A stretch of DNA of 56,632 nucleotides from Minisyncoccota bacterium (lineage in GTDB: Bacteria > Patescibacteriota > Minisyncoccia > Phycocordibacterales > GWA1-40-21). Shown here one piece after another: positions 40,993 to 50,206 of this stretch. The DNA lies in contig JBAYMB010000001.1 of the NCBI GenBank assembly GCA_041663745.1, positions 1 through 56,632 of the forward strand, written 5' to 3'. Below the pieces are notes generated by a model. The model saw nothing but the letters and a program-made list of their open reading frames with translations. It had not been told where the DNA came from and made no database searches. The translations under genes and the position numbers were made by a program. Numbering within the stretch: position 1 is the stretch's first letter; each line of letters starts with the position of its first letter.

Positions 40993-42318
40993 ATGGCGAA
41001 CAAGCAGGAAACCAACAAAAGGATGGAAGATATAATCTCTCTTTGCAAAAGGAGGGGGTTCATATACCAAGGTTCAGAGATATACGGGGGGCTTGCCGGC
41101 ACTTGGGACTATGCTCATCTCGGAGTCGCACTGAAGAACAACATACGGAATCACTGGTGGAAGAAATTCGTCACTGACAGGGAGGACATGTACGGAGTGG
41201 ATGCTGCCATACTCATGAATCAAGAGGTTTGGAAGGCCACGGGACATGTGGGAGGATTTTCCGACCCGCTTTCCGAATGCAAGAAATGCAAGAAGAGATT
41301 TAGGACCGACCAGATAGAGAATGCAAAGAAATGTCCTGATTGCGGAGGGGAGATGGCGGAACCGAAGCAGTTCAACATGATGTTCCAAACCCATGTCGGT
41401 GCCACGCAAGATGACACCTCGGTCTCATATCTTCGACCTGAGACGGCCCAAGGAATGTTCGTGAACTACAAGAACGTCATGGACTCATATCATCCCAAGC
41501 TTCCTTTCGGCATGGCACAAGTCGGAAAAGCTTTCAGGAATGAGATCGCTCCAAGGGATTTCACTTTCAGATCGAGGGAATTTGAGCAGATGGAGATAGA
41601 ATATCTGGTCCATCCGAACGATTGGGAAAAGACCTTTGAGCATTTCAGGAAGGAGATGCTTGATTTCACCAAAGAGATAGGTTTGAGGAAGGATCATGTG
41701 TATGAGCATGAGATAGGGGACGGGGACAGAGCCTTCTATTCAAAAAGAACAATAGATTTCGAGTTTGAATTTCCTTTTGGAAGGAATGAGCTGTACGGCC
41801 TTGCATACAGGACCGACTATGACCTCAGTCGCCATTCAAAGGCGAGCGGAGTGGATTTGAACTATCTTGATGAGGAGACCAAGGAAAGATTCACCCCTCA
41901 CTGTATAGAACCGTCCTTTGGTTTGGACAGAAGCGTCCTTGCCGTCCTAACCGACGCCTACATGGAAGATGATATGGGAGGAGAAAAGAGGGTATATATG
42001 AAGTTCACTTCAAATGTTGCTCCTGTGAAGATAGCGGTATTTCCTCTTTTGAAGAACAAACCACAATTGGTTGAAAAGGCAAAAGGAATATACAAAGAGC
42101 TCAAGAAAGAGTTCGGAGCCGTCATGTTTGATGACAATGGCAATGTCGGAAAGAGATACAGAAGGCAAGATGAGATCGGCACCCCGTATTGCGTCACTGT
42201 TGATTTTGACACCATAGAGAAAGACGATACTGTCACGGTGAGGGATAGGGATACGGGAAAGCAGGAGAGGGTGAAGGTGGAGGAATTGATTAATTATTTT
42301 AAAAAAGTTTTAAATTAA
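40993..42318 (+). CDS. glyQS: Glycyl-tRNA synthetase (class II, alpha2 type)
   Basis: RRGFIYQGSEIYGGLAGTWDYAHLG, FRNEIAPR and GLDRSVLA motifs, plus a C-terminal anticodon-binding domain. Confidence 0.9.
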   Translation: MANKQETNKRMEDIISLCKRRGFIYQGSEIYGGLAGTWDYAHLGVALKNNIRNHWWKKFVTDREDMYGVDAAILMNQEVWKATGHVGGFSDPLSECKKCKKRFRTDQIENAKKCPDCGGEMAEPKQFNMMFQTHVGATQDDTSVSYLRPETAQGMFVNYKNVMDSYHPKLPFGMAQVGKAFRNEIAPRDFTFRSREFEQMEIEYLVHPNDWEKTFEHFRKEMLDFTKEIGLRKDHVYEHEIGDGDRAFYSKRTIDFEFEFPFGRNELYGLAYRTDYDLSRHSKASGVDLNYLDEETKERFTPHCIEPSFGLDRSVLAVLTDAYMEDDMGGEKRVYMKFTSNVAPVKIAVFPLLKNKPQLVEKAKGIYKELKKEFGAVMFDDNGNVGKRYRRQDEIGTPYCVTVDFDTIEKDDTVTVRDRDTGKQERVKVEELINYFKKVLN

Positions 42319-42320
42319 AA

Positions 42321-42533
42321 ATGGGGAATAGTATAAAATTTAATGACGGATGGTGTTTTGCAGTAGTGAACAATCGTTTGGCAGAAATATATTTTAGGAA
42401 AAATTTTAATATTTTGGCTCATTGTTATATAAAAAGAAATGAATTTTCTAAAAAAGAACAAAATCTAATTGATAGAGATATCAAAAAATATGTTTTTTCT
42501 TATCAAAATGGTTTTTACAAAAAACTAATTTAG
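42321..42533 (+). CDS. Hypothetical 70-aa protein in an A+T-rich islet
   Basis: ORF begins 2 nt after the glyQS stop. Its composition is much more A+T-rich than flanking genes. Confidence 0.35.
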   Translation: MGNSIKFNDGWCFAVVNNRLAEIYFRKNFNILAHCYIKRNEFSKKEQNLIDRDIKKYVFSYQNGFYKKLI

Positions 42534-42717
42534 TTGAAATCTAATAAACAAAATCCATTTTTTGATTACCAAATTTTTTCTTTCATTCCAAAAATAAGCC
42601 TTGAAATGAGGCTAATTTTGGGAATTAAGGGAAGAAAACGGAAAAACTAGTTGACAGATATTTTAATACATGTTACTCTTCTAAAAGATTACGGATTCCA
42701 TCAACTGGAGAACGACC

Positions 42718-42951
42718 ATGTCTATGATATGCAAGAAGTGCAACAGAGTTTCTTTAGATTCTCATTGCAGCCAATGCGGAAGCGAGAATGTTCTTACGCC
42801 CACCTGTAATACGTGGTGGTGCTGGAAAGAAATTTGGCCACATGAGAATTATTGCAGTGGATGCGGTAAATCTCGTGAGGAGGCCCTCAAGCCAGGACAA
42901 AGTTTCTGGTCCTGGTTGCAGGGGAAGTTTCATGCACCTGTGAGACAATGA
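42718..42951 (+). CDS. Small double zinc-ribbon protein
   Basis: CKKC...CSQC and C..C...CSGC cysteine pairs. SD-like GGAGA upstream. Confidence 0.5.
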   Translation: MSMICKKCNRVSLDSHCSQCGSENVLTPTCNTWWCWKEIWPHENYCSGCGKSREEALKPGQSFWSWLQGKFHAPVRQ

Positions 42952-42968
42952 ATCCTTCGGTTAACTGT

Positions 42969-43001
42969 GCCCCGGCTGAATTTTCAGTCGGGGCTATTTT
43001 T
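42969..43001 (+). terminator. Rho-independent terminator
   Basis: GCCCCGGCTGAA (42969-42980) pairs with TTCAGTCGGGGC (42983-42994), then a T-run. Confidence 0.75.
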
Positions 43002-43037
43002 TATTAAATTTTCATTTTTTATGCTATATTCTATTGT

Positions 43038-44306
43038 ATGCAATACACCAAAAAGATATTAAAGAACGGCCTGCGTATAATCACAGTGCCCATGAAGAGC
43101 AATCCGACTGTCACTGTATTGGTATTGGTTGAAGCAGGATCAAAATATGAGAACAAGGAGAACAATGGCATATCGCACTTTCTTGAGCACATGTGCTTCA
43201 AAGGTACGGAAAAGCGCCTGACATCAGCAGATATCTCAAAGGAACTTGATGGCATAGGGGCGATTCACAATGCCTTTACAGGACATGAATATACCGGATA
43301 TTATGCAAAAGCGGATTACAAGAACATCGATACAATGCTCAATGTCGTCTCGGACATATATTTGAACTCCACATTGCCGGAGAAAGAAATGGAGAAGGAG
43401 AAGGGTGTGGTCATAGAGGAAATAAACATGAACAAAGATCTGCCAAGGCATATCGTGGCCGAGGAATTTTTCAAGCTCCTATACGGAGACCAGCCGGCAG
43501 GCTGGGCCATAATCGGACCCAAGGAAAATATCCAAAAGATGCAAAGAAGGGATTTCATTGACTACAGGCACAAGCACTATGTCGCAAGCGCGACTACTGT
43601 GATTGTTGCTGGGAAGATAGACGAAAAGGATGTTCTGAAGAAGATCCAAGTCCTTTTCAAGGATGCAAGCAAATGGAAGAAGGAGGAGAAGAAGAAGGTC
43701 ATTGAATCCCAAAAGATTCCACAATTGAAGCTGTATTACAAAGATACCGACCAAACTCATTTGATAATAGGCAATAGGTCATTCAACATCTACAACAAAT
43801 ATAATCCCATCATCAGAGTATTGAGGGGCGTCCTTTCCGGAGGAATGAGCTCAAGATTGTTCCAGAAGATGAGGGAAGAGCTAGGTATCTGCTACTACGT
43901 CGGGGCGGACAATGATACGTTCACGGATCATGGTGCTTTCGCTGTATTTGCCGGAGTTGATAGCTCCAGGGTCAAAGAAGGCGTCACAGCCATTTTGTCT
44001 GAATTGAAAAAGCTCAAGACTGAACTTGTCGGAAAGGATGAACTGCAGAAGGTGAAGAAATATCTCATAGGGATTTTGAATCTCGGCCTTGAATCATCGG
44101 ATTCGGTCGCTGAGTTCTTCGGAGGCCAGGAAATATTGAAGGAAACTTTGAAAACACCGGAGGATATCATAAAAGAGATAGAAAAGGTCACGGCGGAGGA
44201 AATAAAATTCATGGCAGAGAGGATCTTCAAGGACGAGACATTGAACTTGGCCATAGTGGGGAAGTTCAAGGATGAAAAGGAGTTCAAAGACGTCCTGCAT
44301 TTCTAG
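43038..44306 (+). CDS. M16-family (insulinase/pitrilysin-like) zinc peptidase
   Basis: HFLEHMCFKGT inverted zinc motif (HxxEH). TGcTATATT (43022-43030) lies 7 nt before the ATG. Confidence 0.85.
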   Translation: MQYTKKILKNGLRIITVPMKSNPTVTVLVLVEAGSKYENKENNGISHFLEHMCFKGTEKRLTSADISKELDGIGAIHNAFTGHEYTGYYAKADYKNIDTMLNVVSDIYLNSTLPEKEMEKEKGVVIEEINMNKDLPRHIVAEEFFKLLYGDQPAGWAIIGPKENIQKMQRRDFIDYRHKHYVASATTVIVAGKIDEKDVLKKIQVLFKDASKWKKEEKKKVIESQKIPQLKLYYKDTDQTHLIIGNRSFNIYNKYNPIIRVLRGVLSGGMSSRLFQKMREELGICYYVGADNDTFTDHGAFAVFAGVDSSRVKEGVTAILSELKKLKTELVGKDELQKVKKYLIGILNLGLESSDSVAEFFGGQEILKETLKTPEDIIKEIEKVTAEEIKFMAERIFKDETLNLAIVGKFKDEKEFKDVLHF

Positions 44307-44350
44307 CTTTTAAGTTGCCTTTTATGGCTCATTATGCTAATCTAGGGCCC

Positions 44351-44857
44351 ATGAGCAAAAAGCCAACAGTCGCAAAAAACAACGAAGAGAAGGTATACGA
44401 AGTCGGATACCATCTTCTTTCCTCTGTCGCAGAAGAGAATATTTCAGAGGAAGCGGCCAAGATAAAGGCGTATTTGAGCAAGGAAAAAGCGGAGATAATC
44501 TCCGAGGAAGCTCCAAAACTCCGACCCCTCGCATATCCTATAAAGAAAGCATTCGGCGGAGTATACAAGACGTTTGACAAGGCATATTTCGGCTTCATCA
44601 AATTCGCCCTGACCGAGGGGGGAGATATAACAAAGATAGACCAGGCGATGAAAGCCAATGAATCGATATTGAGATACATCGTCGTAAAGACCGTAAGGGA
44701 GAACACCATGTACTCTCCTAAGATAACCATCTTCTCAGACAAGGAAAGCAAGATAAAGATCCCGACAACTAAAGCTGAGATAATAGGAAAACCGGCTTCA
44801 GTCGAGGAGATAGACAAGTCCATAGACGAGCTTCTGACAAGCGAAGTGAAGGTATAA
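44351..44857 (+). CDS. rpsF: 30S ribosomal protein S6 with N- and C-terminal extensions
   Basis: S6-like core (YEVGYHLL..., LRPLAYPIKK, ILRYIVVK) and a position upstream of ssb-rpsR. ATG-44351 is preferred because TGcTAATCT (44335-44343) lies 7 nt upstream. The track start is TTG-44315. Confidence 0.75.
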   Translation: MSKKPTVAKNNEEKVYEVGYHLLSSVAEENISEEAAKIKAYLSKEKAEIISEEAPKLRPLAYPIKKAFGGVYKTFDKAYFGFIKFALTEGGDITKIDQAMKANESILRYIVVKTVRENTMYSPKITIFSDKESKIKIPTTKAEIIGKPASVEEIDKSIDELLTSEVKV

Positions 44858-44865
44858 CTGATACG

Positions 44866-44900
44866 ACAAACCCTGTTCAAGAGAACAGGGTTTGTTTTTT
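44866..44900 (+). terminator. Rho-independent terminator/attenuator
   Basis: ACAAACCCTGTTC (44866-44878) pairs with GAACAGGGTTTGT (44883-44895), then T6. Confidence 0.75.
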
Positions 44901-44953
44901 GTCCCTCGATGGTCTATAATAGCCTCATAATCATTTTATAAACATTTAAAAAC

Positions 44954-45412
44954 ATGAACATAAACAAAGCATTCCTTTTCGGCAATTTGACCAAAGATCC
45001 TGAATTGAAAGCTCTTCCTTCTGGAACGAAAGTCGCTTCTTTTGGCGTGGCCACAAACAGGACATGGAAGGACAAGAATGGGACCAAGCAGGAAGACGTC
45101 ACATTTCACAATGTAGTGGCTTTTGGAAAGCAGGCTGAGGTTATATCCCAATACTTGAAGAAGGGAAGAAGCATCTTTGTCGAAGGGAGGATTGCCAACA
45201 GGTCATGGGATGACAAGGAGGGGGTGAAGAAATACAGATCAGAGGTGATCCTTGAGAATTTCCAGTTCGGTCCAAGTGCAGGCGGACCAGTATCATCGGG
45301 TTCATTCAAGTCTGAAAAAAGCGAGAGTGCGCCGGCAAAAGGAAAGGCGCCGGAGATGGACACCATAGAATATCCGACAGAGGAGATCAATCCGGAGGAC
45401 ATACCGTTCTAA
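44954..45412 (+). CDS. ssb: Single-stranded DNA-binding protein
   Basis: OB-fold NKAFLFGNLTKDPELK...TFHNVVAFGKQAE with an acidic C-terminal tip ...EDIPF. Confidence 0.9.
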   Translation: MNINKAFLFGNLTKDPELKALPSGTKVASFGVATNRTWKDKNGTKQEDVTFHNVVAFGKQAEVISQYLKKGRSIFVEGRIANRSWDDKEGVKKYRSEVILENFQFGPSAGGPVSSGSFKSEKSESAPAKGKAPEMDTIEYPTEEINPEDIPF

Positions 45413-45467
45413 GGTTGCATATTTCATCTAAAAATGCTAAATTCATCTTCTAACAAATAGAACATAA

Positions 45468-45668
45468 ATGAAACAGTGCTTCTTTTCGCAAAACAACATA
45501 AAGTACGTGGATTACAAGGATATTGAGCTTTTGAAGAAGTTCGTGAATCCTCATGCCAGAATTCAGGGCAAGAAGAAGACCTTTGTCCGCGCCAAGAGCC
45601 AAAGACAGCTTGCCGAGGCCATAAAGAGGGCAAGATTCATGGCCCTTCTTCCTTTCGTGGCAAGATAA
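45468..45668 (+). CDS. rpsR: 30S ribosomal protein S18
   Basis: IKYVDYKDIELLKKFV...RQLAEAIKRARFMALLPF signature. Confidence 0.9.
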   Translation: MKQCFFSQNNIKYVDYKDIELLKKFVNPHARIQGKKKTFVRAKSQRQLAEAIKRARFMALLPFVAR

Positions 45669-45747
45669 CCACTATCCACTTTTCCCTTTACTGCAGAATA
45701 TCTCGTGATATAATTGTAGCAGTTATTAATTCATTAATTATAAAAAT

Positions 45748-45894
45748 ATGGGGGATCAAAACAAATCAAGCATGGTGAATTTTCTCAAGAAGCTCGGGGT
45801 GCCTGAACAGTATGGAAATACAGTTTTGGTCATCTTTGCCATCGTCCTCTATATCATCACAGCCATTATCCTGTACAGAGGGCTCACAAGCTAA
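45748..45894 (+). CDS. 48-aa single-pass membrane peptide (absent from the ORF track)
   Basis: My translation is MGDQNKSSMVNFLKKLGVPEQYGNTVLVIFAIVLYIITAIILYRGLTS*. A strong terminator follows it. Confidence 0.4.
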   Translation: MGDQNKSSMVNFLKKLGVPEQYGNTVLVIFAIVLYIITAIILYRGLTS

Positions 45895-45906
45895 CATAAA
45901 AAATTC

Positions 45907-45936
45907 AAGACCGGGGAAACCCGGTCTTGTTTTTTG
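45907..45936 (+). terminator. Rho-independent terminator
   Basis: AGACCGGG (45908-45915) pairs with CCCGGTCT (45920-45927), with GAAA loop, then a T-run. Confidence 0.8.
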
Positions 45937-45970
45937 TTTGAATTTTGTGTAGAGTGTCTAGACAAATAAT

Positions 45971-46546
45971 ATGTCAAAACTGGATTACAACGAAATAAAG
46001 GAGAGGAAGTACATCATATATGACGGCGCCCCGTATGAGGTCATGTCGAGCAAGATAGGCTCAAAGGGAGGATACAAGGCCGTGAATGTCGCCAAACTGA
46101 AAAACATGATCACAGGCAAAGTCGTCGAGATATCATTCCATCAGTCTGAGAGGGTTGAGGAGGCAGATATAGAGTACAAGGATGCTAAATTCATATATAA
46201 GGACAACAAGGGCATGTATTGGTTCTCTGACCCAAAGAATCCTGCGGATAGGTTCCAGCTCATCGAGGATGTCATCGGCACTCCGGCAAAGTTCATGAAA
46301 GCCAACTCAATCGTCGGAACGATGATCTTTGAGGATAAGATCATTGGCGTATCCATACCGATAAAGGTGGATCTCTTGGTCAAGGAAGCTCCGCCAGCAG
46401 TAAAAGGAGACACCTCAAGCGGAGCGACCAAGCAGATAGTGCTTGAGACCGGAGCTACCATAAACGCACCGCTATTCATCGTTGAAGGGGAACTTGTCAG
46501 TGTTAACACAGTGGATGGGCAATATGTTGGAAGGGGAGGGAAATAA
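45971..46546 (+). CDS. efp: Elongation factor P
   Basis: Three-domain EF-P layout (YIIYDGAPYEV..., KLKNMITGKV, ...GATINAPLFI). Confidence 0.85.
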   Translation: MSKLDYNEIKERKYIIYDGAPYEVMSSKIGSKGGYKAVNVAKLKNMITGKVVEISFHQSERVEEADIEYKDAKFIYKDNKGMYWFSDPKNPADRFQLIEDVIGTPAKFMKANSIVGTMIFEDKIIGVSIPIKVDLLVKEAPPAVKGDTSSGATKQIVLETGATINAPLFIVEGELVSVNTVDGQYVGRGGK

Positions 46547-46587
46547 CCTGTGATATAATAGTTGTATATTATTAATCAATTAAAATC

Positions 46588-47340
46588 ATGGAATCAACCT
46601 TTTTGAATGTTCTAGCGGCCATATTCGTAGTCATAATAATTTCGATCAAGCAGATAAATCAATATGAGAGAGGCGTCAGGTTCACTCTTGGAAAATATAC
46701 TGGAGTGATGGAGCCGGGATGGAGGCTTGTCTTTCCCATCTTCCAAACATATCAGAAAGTGGATGTAAGGGTGAAGGCAGTGGATGTCCCGGATCAAAAT
46801 GCCATCACAAGGGACAACGTCACTGTAAAAGTAAATGCCGTCATATACTATAAAGTATCCGATGCGAACAAAGCCATCATAGAAGTGGAAGACTTCAGAT
46901 ATGCCATTTCCCAATATGCTCAGACGACGATGAGAAATATAGTCGGGGAGGTCACTCTTGATGAGCTACTTTCAAGCAGGGACAAGATCGCGGAGAGAAT
47001 AAGGGAGATCGTGGACAAGGAGACCGACGCATGGGGCCTAAAGGTCCAGAATGTGGAACTTAAGGATGTGAGCCTTCCTGCAGAGATGGAGAGGACCATA
47101 GGCAAGCAGGCGGAAGCGGAAAGGGAAAAGAGAGCTGTCATCATCAATTCGCAGGGAGAGCTTGCCGCATCGGAGAACATCTCCAAAGCTGCGGCTATGC
47201 TTGCAAAGACCCCTGGGGCACTTCATTTGAGGACGCTCCAGTCAATAAACGACATGTCATCAGATCAATCAAATACCGTCGTATATATGGTGCCTGTGGA
47301 AGCTCTGAAGGCGCTTGAAGGGTTTGTTAATAAAAAATAA
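46588..47340 (+). CDS. SPFH/band-7 (stomatin-like) membrane protein
   Basis: N-terminal TM helix, then QYERGVRFTLGKY..., and the RDNV..V.AV.YYKV pattern of SPFH domains. Confidence 0.85.
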   Translation: MESTFLNVLAAIFVVIIISIKQINQYERGVRFTLGKYTGVMEPGWRLVFPIFQTYQKVDVRVKAVDVPDQNAITRDNVTVKVNAVIYYKVSDANKAIIEVEDFRYAISQYAQTTMRNIVGEVTLDELLSSRDKIAERIREIVDKETDAWGLKVQNVELKDVSLPAEMERTIGKQAEAEREKRAVIINSQGELAASENISKAAAMLAKTPGALHLRTLQSINDMSSDQSNTVVYMVPVEALKALEGFVNKK

Positions 47341-47372
47341 AAGACGGGGCAATTGCCCCGTCTTTTATTTTT
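47341..47372 (+). terminator. Rho-independent terminator
   Basis: AGACGGGGC (47342-47350) pairs with GCCCCGTCT (47355-47363), with AATT loop, then a T-run. Confidence 0.85.
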
Positions 47373-47390
47373 TAGTATAATGCTAAGGTA

Positions 47391-48197
47391 ATGAAAAATA
47401 AGGCTTTCACTCTCATTGAACTTTTGGTTGTCATTGCCATCATAGGCATACTCTCTTCCGTTATCTATTCAAATATCACAGGACTCCGGGACAGAGCAAA
47501 GGTGACGGCAGGAATAAGGTTTGATTCTTCCGCACTTCATTCCATTGGAGATCAATTGGTTGGAGAATGGACCTTTGATATACCGACAAATCCTTTGGTT
47601 GACACTTCAGGATTCAATAATAACGCAGCCACCGCTACTGTCGGGACATCCCCAACCTATTCATCTATCGGAGGATATAACAACAAAGGGAATCTCAGTT
47701 TTGACGGAGGAGATTATGTGACAGTCCAGAATTCCAGCAGTATGGGCATAAGCGGGGATATCACCATAAGTGTATGGGTGTATCGCAACTCATCCTCAGG
47801 ATCCGTTCTTGTTCACAAAGATGCCAATTATTCGATATATATAACAGTGGTTGATCAAATCACTTGGGCGGATAGCAGCAATTGGAGCTATCTGAATTTT
47901 GGATATCACGGCAATGTATCCAATGGCGCTTGGCATAATGTGGCCGCTACCAAGTCTGGTTCAAAAGTCACGATCTATTTGGACGGTTCTGTCGTCATAA
48001 GTAAAGCTTTCGGCAGTGCGATAGTTTCTAACAGCAATATCACAGCTTTTGGATGTTTTTCATCCGGGGGCGGTTGCACCACTTTTTTAGATGGCAAGCT
48101 TGATGATATCCGTATTTATTCTAGCGTTCTTTCTTCTTCTGACATCCAAAAACTGTATGCAGAAGGAAAAGATTCACATAATTTAGCAAACAAATGA
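47391..48197 (+). CDS. Prepilin-type N-terminal domain protein with LamG-like domain (pseudopilin paralog 3)
   Basis: MKNKA|FTLIELLVVIAIIGILSS and C-terminal KLDDIRIYSSVLSSSDIQKLYAEGK. TATAAT (47376-47381) lies 9 nt before the ATG. Confidence 0.8.
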   Translation: MKNKAFTLIELLVVIAIIGILSSVIYSNITGLRDRAKVTAGIRFDSSALHSIGDQLVGEWTFDIPTNPLVDTSGFNNNAATATVGTSPTYSSIGGYNNKGNLSFDGGDYVTVQNSSSMGISGDITISVWVYRNSSSGSVLVHKDANYSIYITVVDQITWADSSNWSYLNFGYHGNVSNGAWHNVAATKSGSKVTIYLDGSVVISKAFGSAIVSNSNITAFGCFSSGGGCTTFLDGKLDDIRIYSSVLSSSDIQKLYAEGKDSHNLANK

Positions 48198-48988
48198 GAA
48201 ACAAAGCCTTTACATTGATTGAATTGCTTGTGGTCATTGCCATCATCGGTATTCTCTCTTCCGTTATCTATACCAATATCACAGGAATTAGAGACAGGGC
48301 AAGGATTACTGCAGGTATCAGATTTGATTCTTCCACTCTACACTCAATAGGAGATCAATTGGTGGGAGAGTGGACTTTTGATTCTCCCAACTTACCCCTC
48401 ATAGACACTTCTGGGTTTGGAAACGTCGGAACTTGCACGACTTGTCCGACATATGCCACCACTTCAGGATACAACAACAAAGGGGCATACGATTTTACTT
48501 CTGGCACCACGATATCTTGCGGAAGCAATGCTATTTTGAACAGCACAAGCTATACATTGTCTGCATGGTTCAATACAACAGCAGAAAGCCCCGATGATAC
48601 ATCAGGACGTCGTTTATTCGTCCTTTATGAAACTGTTGGTTCTACGAAAATAACCCTGATGCTCAGAAATAATCGTCCAGAAGTTTTATGGAAAACTCCC
48701 GGTGGATCAGCGGTGGAATTGTCAACAAATATAGTGGCAAATGACGGTGCATGGCATAATCTCACCGCGACAACGGACGGGACGGTTTTTAAGGTTTATT
48801 TGGATGGAGTGTTAAAAAACACGAATTTAAGCAGTTCAATGAAAACAACATTCAATAGTTGTTATATCGGCATGTTGCATATCGGTTTGATAGATGATGT
48901 TCGTATTTATCAAAGTATTCTTTCCTCTTCAGACATCCAAAAACTTTATGCTGATGGAAAGACGAGCCATGAAGTAGCAGCTAATTGA
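48194..48988 (+). CDS. Prepilin-type N-terminal domain protein with LamG-like domain (pseudopilin paralog 4)
   Basis: MRNKA|FTLIELLVVIAIIGILSS and C-terminal LIDDVRIYQSILSSSDIQKLYADGK. ATGA overlap with paralog 3. Confidence 0.8.
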   Translation: MRNKAFTLIELLVVIAIIGILSSVIYTNITGIRDRARITAGIRFDSSTLHSIGDQLVGEWTFDSPNLPLIDTSGFGNVGTCTTCPTYATTSGYNNKGAYDFTSGTTISCGSNAILNSTSYTLSAWFNTTAESPDDTSGRRLFVLYETVGSTKITLMLRNNRPEVLWKTPGGSAVELSTNIVANDGAWHNLTATTDGTVFKVYLDGVLKNTNLSSSMKTTFNSCYIGMLHIGLIDDVRIYQSILSSSDIQKLYADGKTSHEVAAN

Positions 48989-49127
48989 AGATATTCTTTG
49001 CCAGTCCGAATACTCCGAGAATAAGAACTATCATTCCAAGAGAGAGGGAAACAGTGAAGTTCAGCCTCGGCACATAGACCATGACAATTCCTAGTATTAT
49101 GAGCACGAACCAATAGAAGGTTTTCAT
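48981..49127 (-). CDS. 48-aa two-helix membrane peptide coupled to recA (absent from the ORF track)
   Basis: My translation is [48 protein letters not shown]. Its ATG overlaps the recA TGA (ATGA). Confidence 0.4.
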   Translation of the reverse strand: MKTFYWFVLIILGIVMVYVPRLNFTVSLSLGMIVLILGVFGLAKNIFN

Positions 49128-50179
49128 ATTTCTTTTAGTTTTTCCCTGATAATCTTCAATATATCATTTGCCACTTTCGGGTTCTCTTTCAAATATGTCC
49201 TTGCAGAATCATATCCGCGCCCGATCTTCTCTCCGTTGTATTCATATGAATTACCGGATTTCTTGATGATGTCCATCTTCTCCCCGAGAGCGAGCATCTC
49301 GCCTTCTTTTGAGATTCCTTCGTTGTACATGAGGTCGAACTCTGTCTGCTTGAACGGTGCGGCAACTTTGTTCTTTACGACCTTCACTCTGACTCTTCCT
49401 CCCATTATCTCCTCGCCTTTCTTTATTTGGGCGATTCTTCGTATATCAAGCCTTACGGAAGTGTAGAATTTCAGGGCTTTTCCTCCAGGAGTGGTTTCGG
49501 GATTTCCGAACATCACGCCTATCTGCATTCTGATCTGATTTATGAAAATGACGATAGTCTTTGATTTGGCAACAATGGCAGTGAGCTTTCTGAGCGCCTG
49601 TGACATGAGCCTAGCCTGTTTTCCTACATGGTATGCTCCCATATCTCCCTCTATCTCATCCTTTGGGGTGAGGGCAGCCACCGAGTCTATGACAATGACA
49701 TCCATCTTTCCGCTTCTGACAAGGGAATCGACAATATCAAGGCCTTGCTCACCGGTATCAGGCTGAGAGATCAAAAGCTGGTCTATCTTCACCCCAAGCC
49801 TCTTTGCATATTCAGGGTCCATGGCATGTTCTGCATCTATGTATGCGGCAATACCTCCCATTTTCTGAGCTTCAGCCACTACATGAAGGGCCAAAGTGGT
49901 CTTTCCGCTTGACTCTGGACCGAATATCTCCACTATCCTTCCGCGGGGAAGTCCGCCTACGCCAAGCGCAGCATCAAGACCTATGGAACCGGTTGGCACG
50001 ACATTCACGTTCACCCTCGGCTTCTCTCCGAGCATCATGATGGACTCATCGCCGAACTTAGTCTGGATGGCTTTCATGGCAGTCGCTATGGTGTCCATGC
50101 TTGATTTCGATGGATTGTGCTCGCTTCCATCATGCACGTCCGCTGTTTCAGTTTTCTTCTCTTTTGTTTTTTTGATCAT
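49124..50179 (-). CDS. recA: Recombinase RecA
   Basis: [13 protein letters not shown] Walker A, IDAEHA and the VVIDSVAAL motif. Confidence 0.95.
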   Translation of the reverse strand: MIKKTKEKKTETADVHDGSEHNPSKSSMDTIATAMKAIQTKFGDESIMMLGEKPRVNVNVVPTGSIGLDAALGVGGLPRGRIVEIFGPESSGKTTLALHVVAEAQKMGGIAAYIDAEHAMDPEYAKRLGVKIDQLLISQPDTGEQGLDIVDSLVRSGKMDVIVIDSVAALTPKDEIEGDMGAYHVGKQARLMSQALRKLTAIVAKSKTIVIFINQIRMQIGVMFGNPETTPGGKALKFYTSVRLDIRRIAQIKKGEEIMGGRVRVKVVKNKVAAPFKQTEFDLMYNEGISKEGEMLALGEKMDIIKKSGNSYEYNGEKIGRGYDSARTYLKENPKVANDILKIIREKLKEI

Positions 50180-50206
50180 GATATTTATAAATTAATATTT
50201 ATTTCA

